Positions 28,734-45,333 of a DNA stretch of 64,000 nt are shown piece by piece. A model generated the notes under the pieces. That model ran no database searches, was not told the origin of the DNA, and saw only the letters and a list, made by a program, of their open reading frames with translations. This DNA comes from Microbotryum violaceum (lineage: Eukaryota): positions 248,001 through 312,000 of the forward strand of contig CDLV01000019.1 of the NCBI GenBank assembly GCA_001244265.2, given 5' to 3'. Position 1 is the stretch's first letter, and each line of letters begins with the position of its first letter. A program made the position numbers and the translations under genes.

Positions 28734-30789
28734 ATGTTTGCCCGCCAAGCCTTGCGCACCGCTGTTCGAGCCCGAGCCCCGTATCGATTTGCCCCTTTGG
28801 TTGTTCCCTCAGCGTCGTTCTCGAGCGCTGCTTCGCTGTCCAAGTCGTTCGTCACTCGCCGCGGAGCCAAACGTGGCATCTCGTCCACACCTGCGCTCGA
28901 AGGTGCACAAGAGCCAACTCAGTCAGTGCTGACTCCAACCATAGCTAGAACGTTTGAAACATACCCTCCGAGGTTCTCCTCCGCTGATCTAGTACTGAAA
29001 TCGTCATCCTCCGGAAAATTACATGCAGCGCTGCCGTCGACCCCGAGAGTCAGTCCTTCACCACTACTCGAGCTCGAGCTTGACGTCAGGCTCATCGTCG
29101 ACGCGGGGTTTTCGGCCTGCTGTACTAATGAACCATCTCCCCTCTATCCGATCTTACTCGATTTGATCATCACCCCCTGGCCACTCCTTGTGTAGTTGTG
29201 CACGAGTACCCGGAGGAGCACGAGTTCGTCGAGGGCGATCTCGGTCATTCCACCGACGGGCCCGAAGTCGATGTCGGCAAACACAACCAACGCACTCTCG
29301 CGTCCTTCTCCATGACCAACAAGGTCAGCTATTCCCCAAGTCTCTCATTGCTTTTACCGGTGGCAGAAGTCCTAGCTTGGTTCAACGACATCGCTCTCTT
29401 CCTCTCATAGCCTGCCCGAGCGCGGGCAGCCGGCCCGGGTCGGCTGATGATCACCACAAGAAGAAACGCAGGGCTGACCCACGCCGTGCCCTCGTTTGAG
29501 CTCACAGGTTTGCGTCATCACAGGAGCTGCTCGCGGTGTATGTACATCATGAAGCGTGCAGTGGTAGAAGTAGAGCTCCTAGACGTACGTAGACCTCGAC
29601 TAACACTCGGCGACTCCCACCTCCGGTTTCTCCAGCTTGGCAATTTGTTTGCCCGAACATTCGCCGAATCAGGCTCCAACGCCATCGTCATCCTTGATCT
29701 GGACCAGGGTCTCGCCGAAACTGCCGCAAAGGACCTCGTCGACTGGTTCGAGGAACACGGTCAAGCTGAAAAGGGCGAGATCTCTGCCATTGGTCTTGGA
29801 TGCGACGTTGCCGACGAGAAGAACGTGCAGGACTGCTTCGCCAAGGTCGTCGAAAAGTATGGCAGGATTGATGTCTTGGTCACTGCTGCCGGTATTGTCG
29901 GTTAGTTTGAAGCAACCTCTTGTCGCCCGTATTGACGATCGGATCTGATCTAATCGTCCGACGTCCGAACGATTGCGCCCCGCGTCTCAGAAAATTTCCC
30001 TGCTCAAGATTACCCTACCGAGAAGTTCCGCAAGTTGATGGCCATCAACGTGGATGGGCAAGCAACTATTTTGCTCTTGGTATCAGGCAGTCTTGCGACT
30101 AACGCGTGTCTCTGGTGACTTGTGCAGATCCTTCTTCTGTGCTCGTGAGGCAGCCAAGGACATGATGAGGCGAGACGGTGAGTGCCCAATCGCTGCCAGA
30201 AGCGCGCTTCTACCGCTGATCGGCAACTCCATCGTTATCCCATCAGCCCCCGGATCAATCGTTATGATAGGTTCCATGTCCGGCGCTTGTGTGAACGTTC
30301 CCCAACCTCAGGCGCCTTACAACGCGTCCAAGGCGGCGGTGCGACACATGGCGTCTTCCCTCGCTGTCGAATGGGCAACACGAAACATTCGCGTTAACGC
30401 CATCTCCCCCGGGTACATGGCGACAGCTTTAACGAGGGTCATCCTCGATCGAGACCCCGTTTTGAAGGAAACGTGGGAGAACCTGACCCCGATGGGCAGA
30501 ATCGGTGAACCAGAGGACCTCAAGGGTGAGCATTGTTGACGAGCGCTATCTAGGTTCGAAGAGGAGAGACATGGCCGTCGTCACATCGATTGACTAGTCC
30601 GTTCCGTTCTTGTACAGGTGCCGTCATCTATCTCGCATCGGATGCTTCGGGCTTTACAACGGGCACGGATCTCCGCGTCGATGGTGGTTACACTCTTGTG
30701 CGTCATAGGCCACCCAAAGATCACTTCGGTATCACTCTACCTCATCCTTGACACTTCTCCCGATCTTTACCCTCATGCAACAGACCTAA
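28734..30789 (+). CDS. Short-chain dehydrogenase, D-arabinitol 2-dehydrogenase/sorbose reductase-like (multi-exon)
   Basis: [12 protein letters not shown] across an intron, [42 protein letters not shown]. Mitochondrial-type presequence. Confidence 0.85.
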
Positions 30790-31084
30790 ACGTCACCCCG
30801 ATTGCTTCGTCCGCCTCGAATCCTACCCTCAAGAGTACCTCGAGGTCACCAACATTCGCGTTTCCCTTACCCGATTGAGAGATCGCGATTATCCGATCAG
30901 ACTTGAATCGCAACCAAGCATACAAACCTTTGCAGAATAGGAAGTCTTAAGATACAGATTTACTGCCGTGCGATTACCGAGAGCCCCGGCCGGTATTTGG
31001 GGAAACTCCAGTGACGGTCATGATGTCGCTCCGACTTGGGCATTGCAGGTATAACAGCCTACCCGTCTACTATAATCGACGATC

Positions 31085-32655
31085 TCAACCCGAACCTTGC
31101 ACGAAAACCTCCTTCCAGACCTGTCGCAGATCTGAAAACAGAGAACGAGGGGCAAAGGGTTTCAGCATTGGTTACTCTTTACCAGGCCATAAAAAGGTTT
31201 ATCGGAACTGCAGGGCTTTTGCTCACCTGTAAACCTGCCAACCACCCTAACCTCCCCGCTCTGTTGGAAGTCAGACCCCGTACCTGTCGGCGTCGTTGAT
31301 GTTGCTTGCTCATCGATCCCGCCTAATTTCGGCCTCTGATCACCATGTTCATCGAACAACACACACTTGCCCCACCCCAGCGCATGAGCACCTTTGATAT
31401 TCAGCGCCGAGTCATCGACGAAGTAGCATTGGTCCGGCGTCGCGTTCGCGGCGGCAAGAGCTTCTCTATAGTAAGCTGTTTGAGCCAGAGGTCACCAAAT
31501 GAAAGCGTCAGTCATGGGACGTTCCCAACTTGAGGTACCACGTGGGAGAAGACTCAACCTGGTTCGGGTTTACAGGAGAAGGTGCCGGCAGTGGCGGTGT
31601 AGTCGCACGAGACGACGCTTTCGAAATATTCGGCAAGGCCGAGCAGGCGCAAAACCCTTGTGGCATGCTGAGGAGGGCGGCATGGAGAGGACTTCAGTAT
31701 GACCGGGTGATATCAGTAATGAAAGAAGAACTGTTTTCTTACGTTGACATAGGCTGATCAGAGAAAGGTTATGCGATGCCAACGACACGTACGATCAGCT
31801 CTCGAGGCCACCGAACTGCTCAGCAACTGTAGCAGAAGCGGACTGACCGTTTGTGAGGGCCCACACCCTGAATCTGGACCGATCGATATCGCGCAACAGA
31901 TGCTGCCGTTCTGGATCCGGTTTAAGAACGTTTTCCAGTGGCAGCGCGGCGTCGCATTGCGCATCGTAATCGAGCGCTGAGCGGGTGAAGAGCAGAACAG
32001 ATCAGAATCCTCGCAAGACGAGCTACAAGCGTGTGCGCGCACGATCAACTTTGTGGTGCCGGACCAATCCTCTTATGGCGAGTCCATAGTCGGTGTAGTA
32101 TCGCTGTGAGCGTAGAATCGGGAAGCTGGTGACTAGTCAGCGTACGACCGAGGGGCTCGAGTGGGAAGTGGGGGTCGGCCGAGTGACGCACGTGTCGGAG
32201 TATCCTCGACTCGTCCGAGGGAATGCCGATCTTCTCAAAGTAGTCTGTGGCAGTCGGTCAAGCTGGAGCGGATCAGTACAGGAGTTGGGGCTAGTTCATC
32301 AGGGCTGAGACTGACTCTCGATCTTCTCCTTCATCAGATCGTCGACGCCGGCATCCTTGGAGTCTGCACCGTCGACGGTGAGGGCAAGTCAGTCAGTCCC
32401 GAGTCCCGACTGGCACATCTGCGGCGTGTGAGTAGACTTGCAGAGACAGTTATCGATGTCGAACCATATGATGGGTCTTGGATCGCGGTTGCTGGGGTTG
32501 CTGGGGTCGCTGGGGTTGCTGAGGTTGTTTGGTGAGTCACCGACTGGACTCGGGTGTAGACGTGGCCGCGGTGATCCGTCGGGGTCGGTGACTAGTACTG
32601 TGCAAGCGCGTAGCGTGGGTGAAGATGAGCTCGAGGTCAGAATACGTAGAGCCAT
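31085..32655 (-). CDS. SDT1: Pyrimidine 5'-nucleotidase, HAD family (SDT1/PHM8-like), multi-exon
   Basis: WFDIDNCLY, YYTDYGLAIRGLVRHHKVDPLDY, WALTNAYVNHA, CKPEP and YFVDDS..NIKGA after splicing. Confidence 0.87.
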
Positions 32656-32882
32656 GGCAAGAGATGGTGTACTTGCTCGACATTCGCGTGCGATTATTTT
32701 ATGTGGCACGCGTGCTGTCAGCTGAAGCCGAGTGTGGACTGAAGTGAAGCCGGCGGTGTGGACGTCGAAGCCGGCGCCGAGCAGCCGCGAGCCGTGACGT
32801 CGATTCGCGCGCGCACGGACCCCCACGCGGACCGAGCTCCGCCTTCGCAACGAAACGGCTCGCAATCGCGGCGGCGGCGACC

Positions 32883-35390
<2,508 letters not shown>

Positions 35391-35893
35391 TGAGAATGCA
35401 ATGTGCCATACATCACTTCTCCATTCATATCGGGGGAAGAGTGTTCGGATGCTCGCTTGCAAGTACCTAGCTTGAACCAGGGAGTATGCCGTTAATTAGG
35501 AATAGGGACCCACTGCAATAATTCGAATCCAGCGGATGGTCCGTGCGAGTCGGAGCAATTCGGCACGGCTCGGTATGGTGCCGTCAGCTTGCGACTGCAG
35601 CTCACTTCGGGTTTGAACGTATGCCAACGCTTTCCTTGACCCACTACCCACGGCAACTCAACTGGTCGTGCACGAACAGCTTTACTCGGATCCAATCTTT
35701 CCCTCTTTACCTCCAGTCACAGTGAGTTGACCTGGGACACAGCACCTGATGTCGTATGTTCGTTGCCTCGGGCTCTGACGTATGCTCATTGCCCTCGCCG
35801 CTGCTTGCCGGTCGGTCCCTCTTGTTATCGAACCGTTCTTATCGCTGGCAGCCGCAAAGAAAGAAACGCTCAAACTCGTAGCTCGCTTGAAAC

Positions 35894-36348
35894 ATGGTTC
35901 TGGGTCGTCTAGCCCATTACACGTTCGACGTGGTTCTGCTTGCGACGGTCGCGGCCGGCGTCAAACGGAGCACCGGGTTCCAGTCAGTCCACACCATTCC
36001 TCCGTACCTACAACAATGCAGCTTCAATACTGGGGCACTGACGATCGATTTCCTTCCTTATTCTTACCGCACCCATTCATCCCCCACTCCTACTTGGGCT
36101 CCATCTACGCACGACACGCTGTCCCTGTCCCCCCCCCCACTTCCTCTTCCCCTCGGCGGCCCCCTCCTCATACCCCCACCTGCAGAGTCTCGACGCGAGG
36201 TCTCCCCGAAGGCCCTGTACAACAGACGGCGGAAACGGTGCTCGGCGTCGGGGAGAAGGTGTTCGACTACACTGCCGCGCTGAGTTATTCGAGTGGGTGG
36301 TTTGAGCGCGAGTTGCCGACGGCCGCGTCGAGCTTGCCCAAGAAGTGA
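35894..36348 (+). CDS. Small DUF1748-like fungal protein, 2 exons
   Basis: MVLGRLAHYTFDVVLLATVAAGVKRSTG spliced to ..LGVGEKVFD...SGWFER. Confidence 0.8.
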
Positions 36349-37310
36349 AGAGTGAAGTGGAGAAAGATAGGACGATCTAGGGAGGAGGCGATGTAACCAG
36401 ATGGGGTGAGACGGAGAAAGATGATTCTACTGATTGGGTGTACGTGTAACTGTAATACTGGGCTTGCTTAATCTTGGTCGAGTCAAGGGGGAGAGGCGGG
36501 ACCACTGTTGAGGACCAAGCAAGTTGGAGGAATCTTCACCACCCCAGAGTCCGGATGGATGATCAGGGGTAGGATGGAGCGCTGCAACTGTACGATCAGA
36601 CAAGGTTTCTGGAGTCTACCCAGCTCCCGATGGACTGAATGGTCATCGTATCTTGTCATCGACGACGACTCCGATTCGACGACTCGCGATCGGAGGGCGC
36701 CGGCGTAACTGAATGGCTTCGAACCGGTCACCCAGTATTCTGGGAAATACAGGGCCGGTTTTATTGACATGTGACGATGTGGAGCAGAGTCTAGGTATAC
36801 GGTTGCAACAGCCGGATCCGTTTTCCGAGCGTTTTCGTCAGTCTGTCAGACTCCGAGTCGGCCTGGACTGTGCTCCTGACGATCACCGGTCGGTCACCTG
36901 ACGCTGCTGCGAGACGCGGCGCGTGAGACGACGAGGCCACTCTGAACGACATCTTCCTATCACCACACCACCCGCCACACCACCCTCGCGTGGACGCATC
37001 GGATTGGGCGCATCGCTCAAGTGAGTACGCACCCATGTCATCCCACAAGCTAGCTCGTGGCGCGTGCTATCGTCGCTGCTCGAATCTCGACCTCGACTTG
37101 ACTGCCGTCGACGTCGTACGAATCACGACCGATCGGCCCACCGGCCCACATCCAATTTGAACGGCCTAAATTCGATGAGGCCAGTAGCAGCAGCAGCCCG
37201 CACCACTTGTCATGAGATGATCCTCGTTGGCTGCCGCGCCAAGGGCTCTTTGCCTTTGCCTCGAATGACCGCGCAGTTGCTCGGACGGGTAACCCCCACT
37301 CGATGGACCC

Positions 37311-37383
37311 GCCCGCCTCGCCACGCCCGCCTCGCCACGCCCGCCTCGCCACGCCCGCACATCGCCACGCCCGCACATCGCAC
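37311..37383. repeat. 14-16 bp GC-rich tandem repeat in a probable 5'UTR intron (37021-37500)
   Basis: gcccgcctcgccac x3, then gcccgcacatcgccac-like x2. Confidence 0.85.
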
Positions 37384-37512
37384 ATGACCTCGCTTGCAGA
37401 TCAACTCGTGCTGGGGTCACTGGGCTCGCGTTTCAAACCGTTACTGACCAACCTGCATGCCTGGATATGGTCGCTCTCCTCGCAGCCTTGTCCTGCTTAG
37501 GGTTCGGGCACC

Positions 37513-40500
37513 ATGTCGATGAGTGTCTCGACCGCCTCGGCGTCACCCCCCACCCGCACCAAATCGTCCGCCTTCGTCTCGACAACGCATAAGCCCAAAC
37601 GCAACAAGTCGTCGTCCTCGCTTCACAGTGCAGGAGGGCACCACTCGATTCACCACCATGTCCAGATGCCTCAGCACGTGCGCAAGAGCTCCCAGGAGTC
37701 GACCGGTATCACGCGACCTCGTCTCACCTCGAGTGGCACGTCCTCCACTTCGGCCAAAAAGGCCCATTTCGGCGCAGGTCTGGGCATAATGACCTCTATA
37801 TCGAATGCACCTTCCCAACCGGCGACCAAAGCGGTCGCCCAAGCCGAACCCTCAGCTCGGGCCACCGGCGCAGCTTCTTCTCAAGCGGCGCACACCGAGA
37901 CCGCGACAGAGGTGCAACCTGACACGGAGGAGTTGGACGCTTCACCCCAGGACGGGCTCGATGACCTCGATGATTCAAGAGCTTCACGAGACCAAAGGCC
38001 ATCCGACCCAGTCGCGTCGACGCAAGAACCTGAACGAGGTCGATCCCGATCGCGCTCGATGGATCGCCGCTCTGCGCAATCAACCGAACGCCACCATGCA
38101 AACGCTCAAGGTAGGGATCGAACGTTGCCACCGGGACCTGGAGTGCGAGGAGACAGGTCCGACGGCTCTCCCAAGAGACAAAGGGCCCCTGCGGTCTCGC
38201 AGACGAGGCAAGCGCAGCCACCGGCGAAGAAGATGGAAAAGTCAGAAAACCCGTCCGATGCGGTGGGCGCCAACCAAACTCCGGCCGCGCCCGTACCTAC
38301 ACCCGCACCCACACTTGCCCCAGCACCGACAGTTCAGGTCAAGGAGAAGCACTTGAGGGCCAAGTTCGACTTTGCTGATGACGAGGATGACGGCGATGAC
38401 GACGAAGACGAAGAGAGGCAGGGAAGGAAATTCGACTACGAGCGAGCTACCAAGACCTCAGGTCAGTCTATAACGGCCCGCTTTTAACGATCAGAGCTCT
38501 TCTCATGCTGGCTTGGATTGGCCGATCGTAGCCGTAGCGGCGCCTCGTGCGACCACCTCTACTGTCGAAAAGGCCGCTGCGGCGCCTCCGCCCCTTGAGT
38601 CACCTCCTTCGGAGCTCCAAGCGATGAAGGAGGTGCCCACGCGACCACCAATGCACAACAAGTCGTCGTCCAACCTCTCGACCCACACCGTCCGACCAAA
38701 GCGCAACAAGTCATCGTCATCGCTGCACTATGCCCACCACGGTCCTGGCCACTACAACGTGCAATTCGCTGGCGCAGCCAAGAAACGATCCGGCAGTTCG
38801 AGCGGGAGGGCCAAACCCCCCTTTGGTTTCGGGATGACGACACTGCCTGCAGAGAACCACGATGATCGACGTGGAAGCGATGCGAGCTCGACGAAAGGAG
38901 CGGGGAGCAGCAACAGACCTACCATTAATCGCAGGGGTAGTTCAACGAGCACTCTCGTCAATGACCGCATCGATGACCGGTCAGCAGGGGGGCGAACAGA
39001 TTCGCGAGGACGGACCGAGGTGGCGAGGATTGAGCCTGATCCAAAGGCAAGCACCCCCGTACTTTCCCCGTCGACTTCGTGTTCACGGCCGAGCAAGAAA
39101 CATACCGCCACCAAAGACACTCAAGAGGTGGCAGGCAGTCAATCGTCGGCCAGCGGATGGGAATCCGCTACAAATTCACCGTTTGCGATTGCAAAGACGC
39201 TCCCGTCTACAAGTTACCGGCCCGAAGCGGTTTCGGGCTTGGCCCAGGTCATGGGACGTGGCGATGAGGTGGCCGGCATCGTTGTGGACGGTGATGGCGA
39301 CGAGAGTGCCGACGAGGGGGCTAAAGAGAGCCGGAAGGTCGATGTTGCTCCGATGTCCCCTCCGGCTACCAGCCGATCCACTGCTACTGAGCCTACGACT
39401 CAGTCGCCCCCCCGGAGTATCTCTCAACCAGGGCCATCCTCATCCCGGCACCCATCTGGCTCGTTCAAGGCACCTTCAGCTCCCGCTACGAACACGATCG
39501 CCTTCCCAAGCACTTCGGGCGAACCGCCTTCGCCGCCTCGGGTGCACGCGCGACCGGCAGGTGCAAACGTCCGAAAAGGTTCCAACGCCTCACTTATGTC
39601 GAACGCTTCCGCTCGCTCCGTTGCGTTGTCCTTTGCGGGGCGAATGGGCCCTCCCGCGCCCATGTTTCGCCGATCGGGGACCGCAACCGCTCCTGCCTTG
39701 GTTGATCGTGGTCACGTTGGCGCTGAATTGATAGGAACCGACACCCCAGTAGGTTCGTTTGACAGTCGACGTCGCACGAGCGGTGGCCGGAACCCTTCCA
39801 TGCCTGCAGGTCGCCAGGTCGTGACTCATGGTCGCACGGACAGCATCCAGAGCGTGCGATCTCTTCGTACAGCGGCCGATACGAGTCCTCAGACGAGACG
39901 CCCAGCTCCAGCCGATAGTCGGCAGAGCGCGGACGGAGGACGACGAAGCATTGGGCCTAGAACTTCGAGCGAGTACGCCTCATCGGGAAGCACCGCACTT
40001 GCTGCACTCGGCAGTATTGCCAGCCAGGCTGGCTCGACGCGGCCACCTCCGACCCCGGAGAGCTCGGGAGGGACGTTCCGGAGGAGCGCCAGCGGCTACT
40101 TCTCCTCCGCTCTCCGAGGTCTGACGGGACTGCAAGCGCTCACCCCGCCCTTGTCACCCTCGGCCAGTTCTAGAGGCGGCCCCATGGCAGGATACGGCGC
40201 TTCGACGGCCGGTTCCACGCAGCACCCCGCTTCGACCATCGCCAAGAACAAGTCGCGTTCGACTCCGTCCCCCGCGCACTTCATCCAACCCGTCGTGTCC
40301 AAGTTCGTTGAAACGCCGCCTCCGGTGCCATCGATGCTCTTGTCACGATCGCCCGCTCCGATGAACGCGATGGACTCTGCCGCCGCGGCTAAGCGAAGCC
40401 AATCCTCGGCCAGTCTGAAAGGAATGGGTGCGATGTCGCGTACGCAGCAAAAGGCCTTCCTCGCTCGTGACGCCCCTTATTTTGCATCTGGCGGGGGTGG

Positions 40501-40873
40501 GAACACCCCTTCATCTGCCCATGGGAAAGACACCCAGGTTGCAGATGCTACTTTTTGGGCCTTAGCACCGCAAATTCCGTCGGGGGCTTCTCACCCTCCA
40601 TTAGTGGCATCGACGCGATCCATGACCCCGGCGGCGGCACACTCGTCCTCGACGGCCTTGGCCAGCGACGAGATGCAGAACTGGGCGCGGAGGTTCATCT
40701 TCGAAGCCGAGCGAATCGAGCGACAATATCGCGCCGTGGAGAAGTGGAGGGACCCTTTGGGTGAGAGCTTGGAGAGGGTCTGGACCAAGAGGACGAATGG
40801 GACGAGTACGGGTACGGTCAGCTCGGCGATGGCCAATCCTTCGAATGGGGTCACGCGAGCGATAAGGGCATAG
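37513..40873 (+). CDS. Large disordered Ser/Arg-rich protein with TCO89-like C-terminal motifs, 2 exons
   Basis: ORFs 37513 and 38513 are joined by an intron at 38462 to ~38531. SRTQQK and ERIERQYRAVEKWRDPLGESLERV resemble TORC1 subunit Tco89 motifs as recalled. Confidence 0.6.
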
Positions 40874-41501
40874 AAATATGGAGGCGTTCGTTGTAAAACT
40901 ATGAGAGTAGGCGTGCTCGCCTTTGTCGTCAAACTCGCAGAGTACCCAACTTGAGAAGAAGTTACTGAAGATCGATTACAATTCGACACGCCCATTATAA
41001 GATTAAGAGCCTGTTGTGAGGCCGAAGAGGAATCCCAATAGAGGAGAGAGGTAAAGAAGGAGATGGCACGTCGAGCGATAACCACTCGCAGCAAAGATGT
41101 GGGGGGATACAACACGTGAATCGAAAGAACTAACGTGGTCGAAAAGGGTGGCGAGCGAGGGAGGAGATAAATGAAAGGGTAGCGGATGGGAGTTGAGGGA
41201 AAATACTTCGTGAAAGACCGGCGCAAAGTATTGCGAAGCGGCAAACCCCTATTTACACAAGAGACAGGAGAAGTTGGGAAGACGAAATATCCGTGAAGGC
41301 GACGAGCTGGTCGAGTATACTGGCGCGCCTAGGAGGCAGAGTGATTGGGAATCGAAGGATCGACCGAGGTTCGATTCGGAATAGGTACAGTTCGGCTTCG
41401 AGAAGATGCGAATGGGTTGCAGGGTAGGGAAAGAGATCCAAGTCCGCACGGCGAGGTTGTCCATCGAAAGAGAGAAAGAGAAGAGACTGCTCCATCGTTT
41501 T

Positions 41502-43013
41502 TCAGACTCGTGACTGCCTTCGCCGATGCCTCTGCTCGTACCCGTAGTACTCCTCATTTGTCTCCTCCGCATCGTCGACGACGTTGTCAAAGTCGGTGCC
41601 TTCATGTTCCTCATCGCGCGAATAACGACCTCCTACCATCGGGCCCCCTCGAGCGCTTGAGTTTTCCAGCTTCGTAGGCGCGAGGCGCGAGGTCGCTACA
41701 CCACCCGCCATGGGTCCGGGACCATTCAGCGATCGTTGAGACGACATGGGCCCAGCGCGACCAAGACCTTGAATGTCGGCGGCAGCCATGGCGCGGCGGG
41801 AGGCGAGAGCTTGTTGACGAGCTCGGTGAGCACGGCCGCCCATGTCGTTGGTGCGTTCCGTGAGAACCTGATTAGACGAACCGGTGAATGCGACAGTCAG
41901 CAACGGATATAGCGTAAGCACTGTTAACAGACACGAGAGGCACTTCGACTAACCTCTTGATCCAAGTAGAGCAGGATGTACCCGGCAATGCCCGAGATAA
42001 CGACGAGTTGAACGCAGGTCAATCCAAAGGTTGTGTAGGCGAGCGCGACGTCGACGTTGATGAGAGTGCAAACGGAGTCGAAATCGGCCGGCTTGGGGAA
42101 GTGGTAGTACCCGTCCCACAAGCAGTTCTCGCGGCCTCGAAGATCGCATGCAAGCGCTAATGCACCCGAGATCCAAACGGCCGAGACGGCAAAGAGGGTG
42201 AGCAATTCGATTCGAGTTTGCAAGAGAATACCGGTGAAGGTGCGCTCCTTGAACATATATGGGAAGAAGAGCATCGGGATGTAGAGCACGCCGGGCGTGC
42301 CGATGCCAAAGACGATGATGGCGATGAGCGACCCCCAGGAAGGTGCAATCACGTTTGGCCGCAGGGAATTGTAGTAGTGGACGACGCCGATCGCCACTCC
42401 GGCCGTGGTCAGCGATGCGAGTGAAGTCAGTCCAAATCTGCATCCGGGAAAAGGAGAAGTCATGTCAGCGCCATAACATTTTGCGTGATATTCGGGGTAA
42501 TTTCAGGTATGACTGTTGCAATGCCTGAAGATGGCATGACTGGTGAAGCGGCTGGCGCGGCTGCTGCTGCTGTGGCGCCCGAGCGCGTGCGCGCGCTAAA
42601 TGTCAGCGGCGCTGTCGCCTGCTGTCGCTACGGCTGCGCTAGCTAGAGCCTAGCGCGCGCCCGCCGGGCTGGCCGATTTCGATTCGCCGTTCGCTGCCGA
42701 CCTAGCCTAGCCGCCGCTCGCCTGCAGAAGCCCCTGCACAGTGCACAGCCCGAGCACAAACGGACGGCCCTGACCACGAGCGTACCGAGAGGAAAACAAC
42801 GACTCACAGGAGGAATCGGAGTACGCGGATGAAGGTCGGGTTGGGTGCATAGGAGCCGATATAGCGGTCCCGGGAGGACGGGTCAGCTGTTCGCCGCCGC
42901 CGGACCGGCGATGAGCTAACGCGCGCGGCGTCGTTCTCGTAGGCATACGCCTTCTCATCGTCATCGAGCAGCGTCGGGTTCTTGTTCTTCTTGCCGGTGA
43001 ACTTGGAGAACAT
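41502..43013 (-). CDS. Four-TM membrane protein (MARVEL-like), 3 exons
   Basis: ORF pieces 43013, 42463 and 41921 are flanked by canonical splice sites. Four hydrophobic helices, with a Cys-containing loop between TM3 and TM4. Confidence 0.7.
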
Positions 43014-45333
43014 AATGCTGGCTGGAGATCGGTCACTAGTAGGGGTTGACGCGGTGCGGCAGGGGGGCGAGACAAATGACGGCGGTCGACGGCCTTCACT
43101 CGGAAGGTAGCGTTCAACGTCAACGGCAGACGAGGTGAGCGAGCGACAAGCGGCGGTAGCGCAAGGGAGGTGCTACGGTGCACTCCGAACGGGGTACGCC
43201 AAATTCCAAGGTGGCTTGTGTAGAGGTGAAAACACCACGGCGTGTGTCGAATCGCCGAAGTAACGAGTGACGGGCGGCGAATGCTGGGGAAGGAGAAAAC
43301 CCGCACCTACCGCTTTGGACCGAGTGCCCGCTAGGCCCGGATCCGCTTGGCTCGGCGAACCGACTCCAACGCGGGGCACCAGGCGAGATTTCCAATCCCC
43401 GCTCGCCCGGCGTCCGGCCTTTCGATCTCCTTCGCGGGCTGCGCTTTTAATTTTCAATCGGCTTTACGTGCCTATTCCTCTTCTCGTGAGCTGTCGGCCC
43501 AGGTCCGACTTCTCAGACCAATTGCCGTATACAACTACAATCACATGTTCTGTGAGCTACCCATTAGCTGAAAGGAGTTGATCCGGCACCGGCTCCAACA
43601 GGGGTTCTGATCCGTCAAAACGGGCACCACGTGATGACCCGCGCGCGCCGTCGCCGGGGCGCCCTGACGTCGTCGACCCTGAGCTGGCCCCAGCTAAAAC
43701 CTTCACGAATGACGCTATGTAATTTGTTGACCGAGACAATAAATCGTCCCTTCTTTTGTCTGCCCGAGGTGCCATGGGCCATCTCAACCGTGCGAAGACA
43801 GCCGGTTCTAAATGGACTTGGGTGTTTCGAACTCCTGGGCCGTGGGATCACTATCACATGATTTATCACGATATACTGCCTCCTATTGGCTAATCTGCAC
43901 GCTCCATGTACAAAACCCATGCAGAACCCAATGCGGCGTCCCGGGTCACGTAGATGATCATCGGCTCGCCCGAGGGCGCGCTAGAAGTGGAGTTCCACGG
44001 TGATCTGGCGGGGATCCCGACCACGGTGGCACAGCACGTGACTTGAGAAGAAAAGTGAACGGTGTATCGGAAGCATCAAGATCACAGAGATGTTCAGGCC
44101 ACGACATTCCCTAGGGTCGAGGCGCGGGCGCTCAATTTGTGAATTTCGGGAAGAGAACTTGGGGACCTTCTGCTGCCGTACGGCATAGAGAAGTTGCCCA
44201 CTGAAGGCTGAAGAGGTGAGCAGTAGCATAAATCATCAAACTTGATGTCACGTATTGCGTTTCAGGCTGTATCGTGCTAGTGAACTCTTATTCAGCTCCG
44301 CATGGCGAAGCGTGTGCGTGAGGCTTTCAAATCGTGCTCTGAGCGCTTACTCCTGTCAGGTACGGCCCTAAGGTGATGGAGCTATAAGGTTGAGAGTTGG
44401 GCCCCCAGTAAACCCAACCCGATACTGCAGTGTCTGTGTGCTCGAGATGAATTTGCGCGGTAGCCTCGACGACATCAAGTCTGGTGCAGCGTGCTAGTAG
44501 CAAACGGCAAGCAGAGGGCACACACATCTCAATCCTGATGCACGAGGATGCTGGATGCCAGGTGGTCCAATGGTCCAGACCCTGCAACCTGACATCAAAC
44601 CTGACCCCTTGCACCATCATGTCGTGTAATCCTACAGCCGGTGAAAGGATCCCAGGGGCAGGGCGCCTCTCTTGAACGGCGATCACCTCTTAATGAAAAA
44701 CGTGATGGGACGCGCGTCTACATTGGAGCAGTTCGAACCGAATCTCAACCCGCGATCGATGCATTTTCTGGAATGTCCTACCCTGTTCATCTGGGGTAAT
44801 GAATTGTCGCGAGGACATGTCGCGATAAAGCGAGTTCAGGGCACCTACTTGTAAGTTCTATTGATGCAAAGGGACCTCCGTCGAGGCTCAACTTTCATGC
44901 CAATGAAGCATCCCACACCTCGCCCGGCCGTTGTAAGTTGTTAGCCGAGGCCCGTGAGTCAGGCTGGTCAGGTTCGCTGTCCGCGCTCAGCTCGCGCGCG
45001 CGATTATGTGTTCGCGTCGAGCCCCAACAGCGTCGATGAGGGGAAGTACGTTGTTCAAGAAAAGGATGTCGAGTAGTGAAGTATCACCGCGCAAAATACT
45101 GAATACTTACAGGTTTTGGGCAAACATTCTTTTTATGTGACTGAGTGCACGAGTGGCTCGGCAAAAGCATGCTCTCGCGTCTTAAAAAAAGTGGAAGAAA
45201 GGCATTGCAATGACAAGCCCATCAAATGATCTAGCGAATGCATAGACGTTTTACTACAAAGAAGGAGAGGCGAACCCTCCTTCGCTCCACCGCGCCCATC
45301 ATCTGAACGCGTTGTCGCTTCCTCCGGCACCGA

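Noticed and set aside
43800-44900. Possible copia integrase relic on the minus strand
   Set aside because: Similarity is too faint to support without a search.
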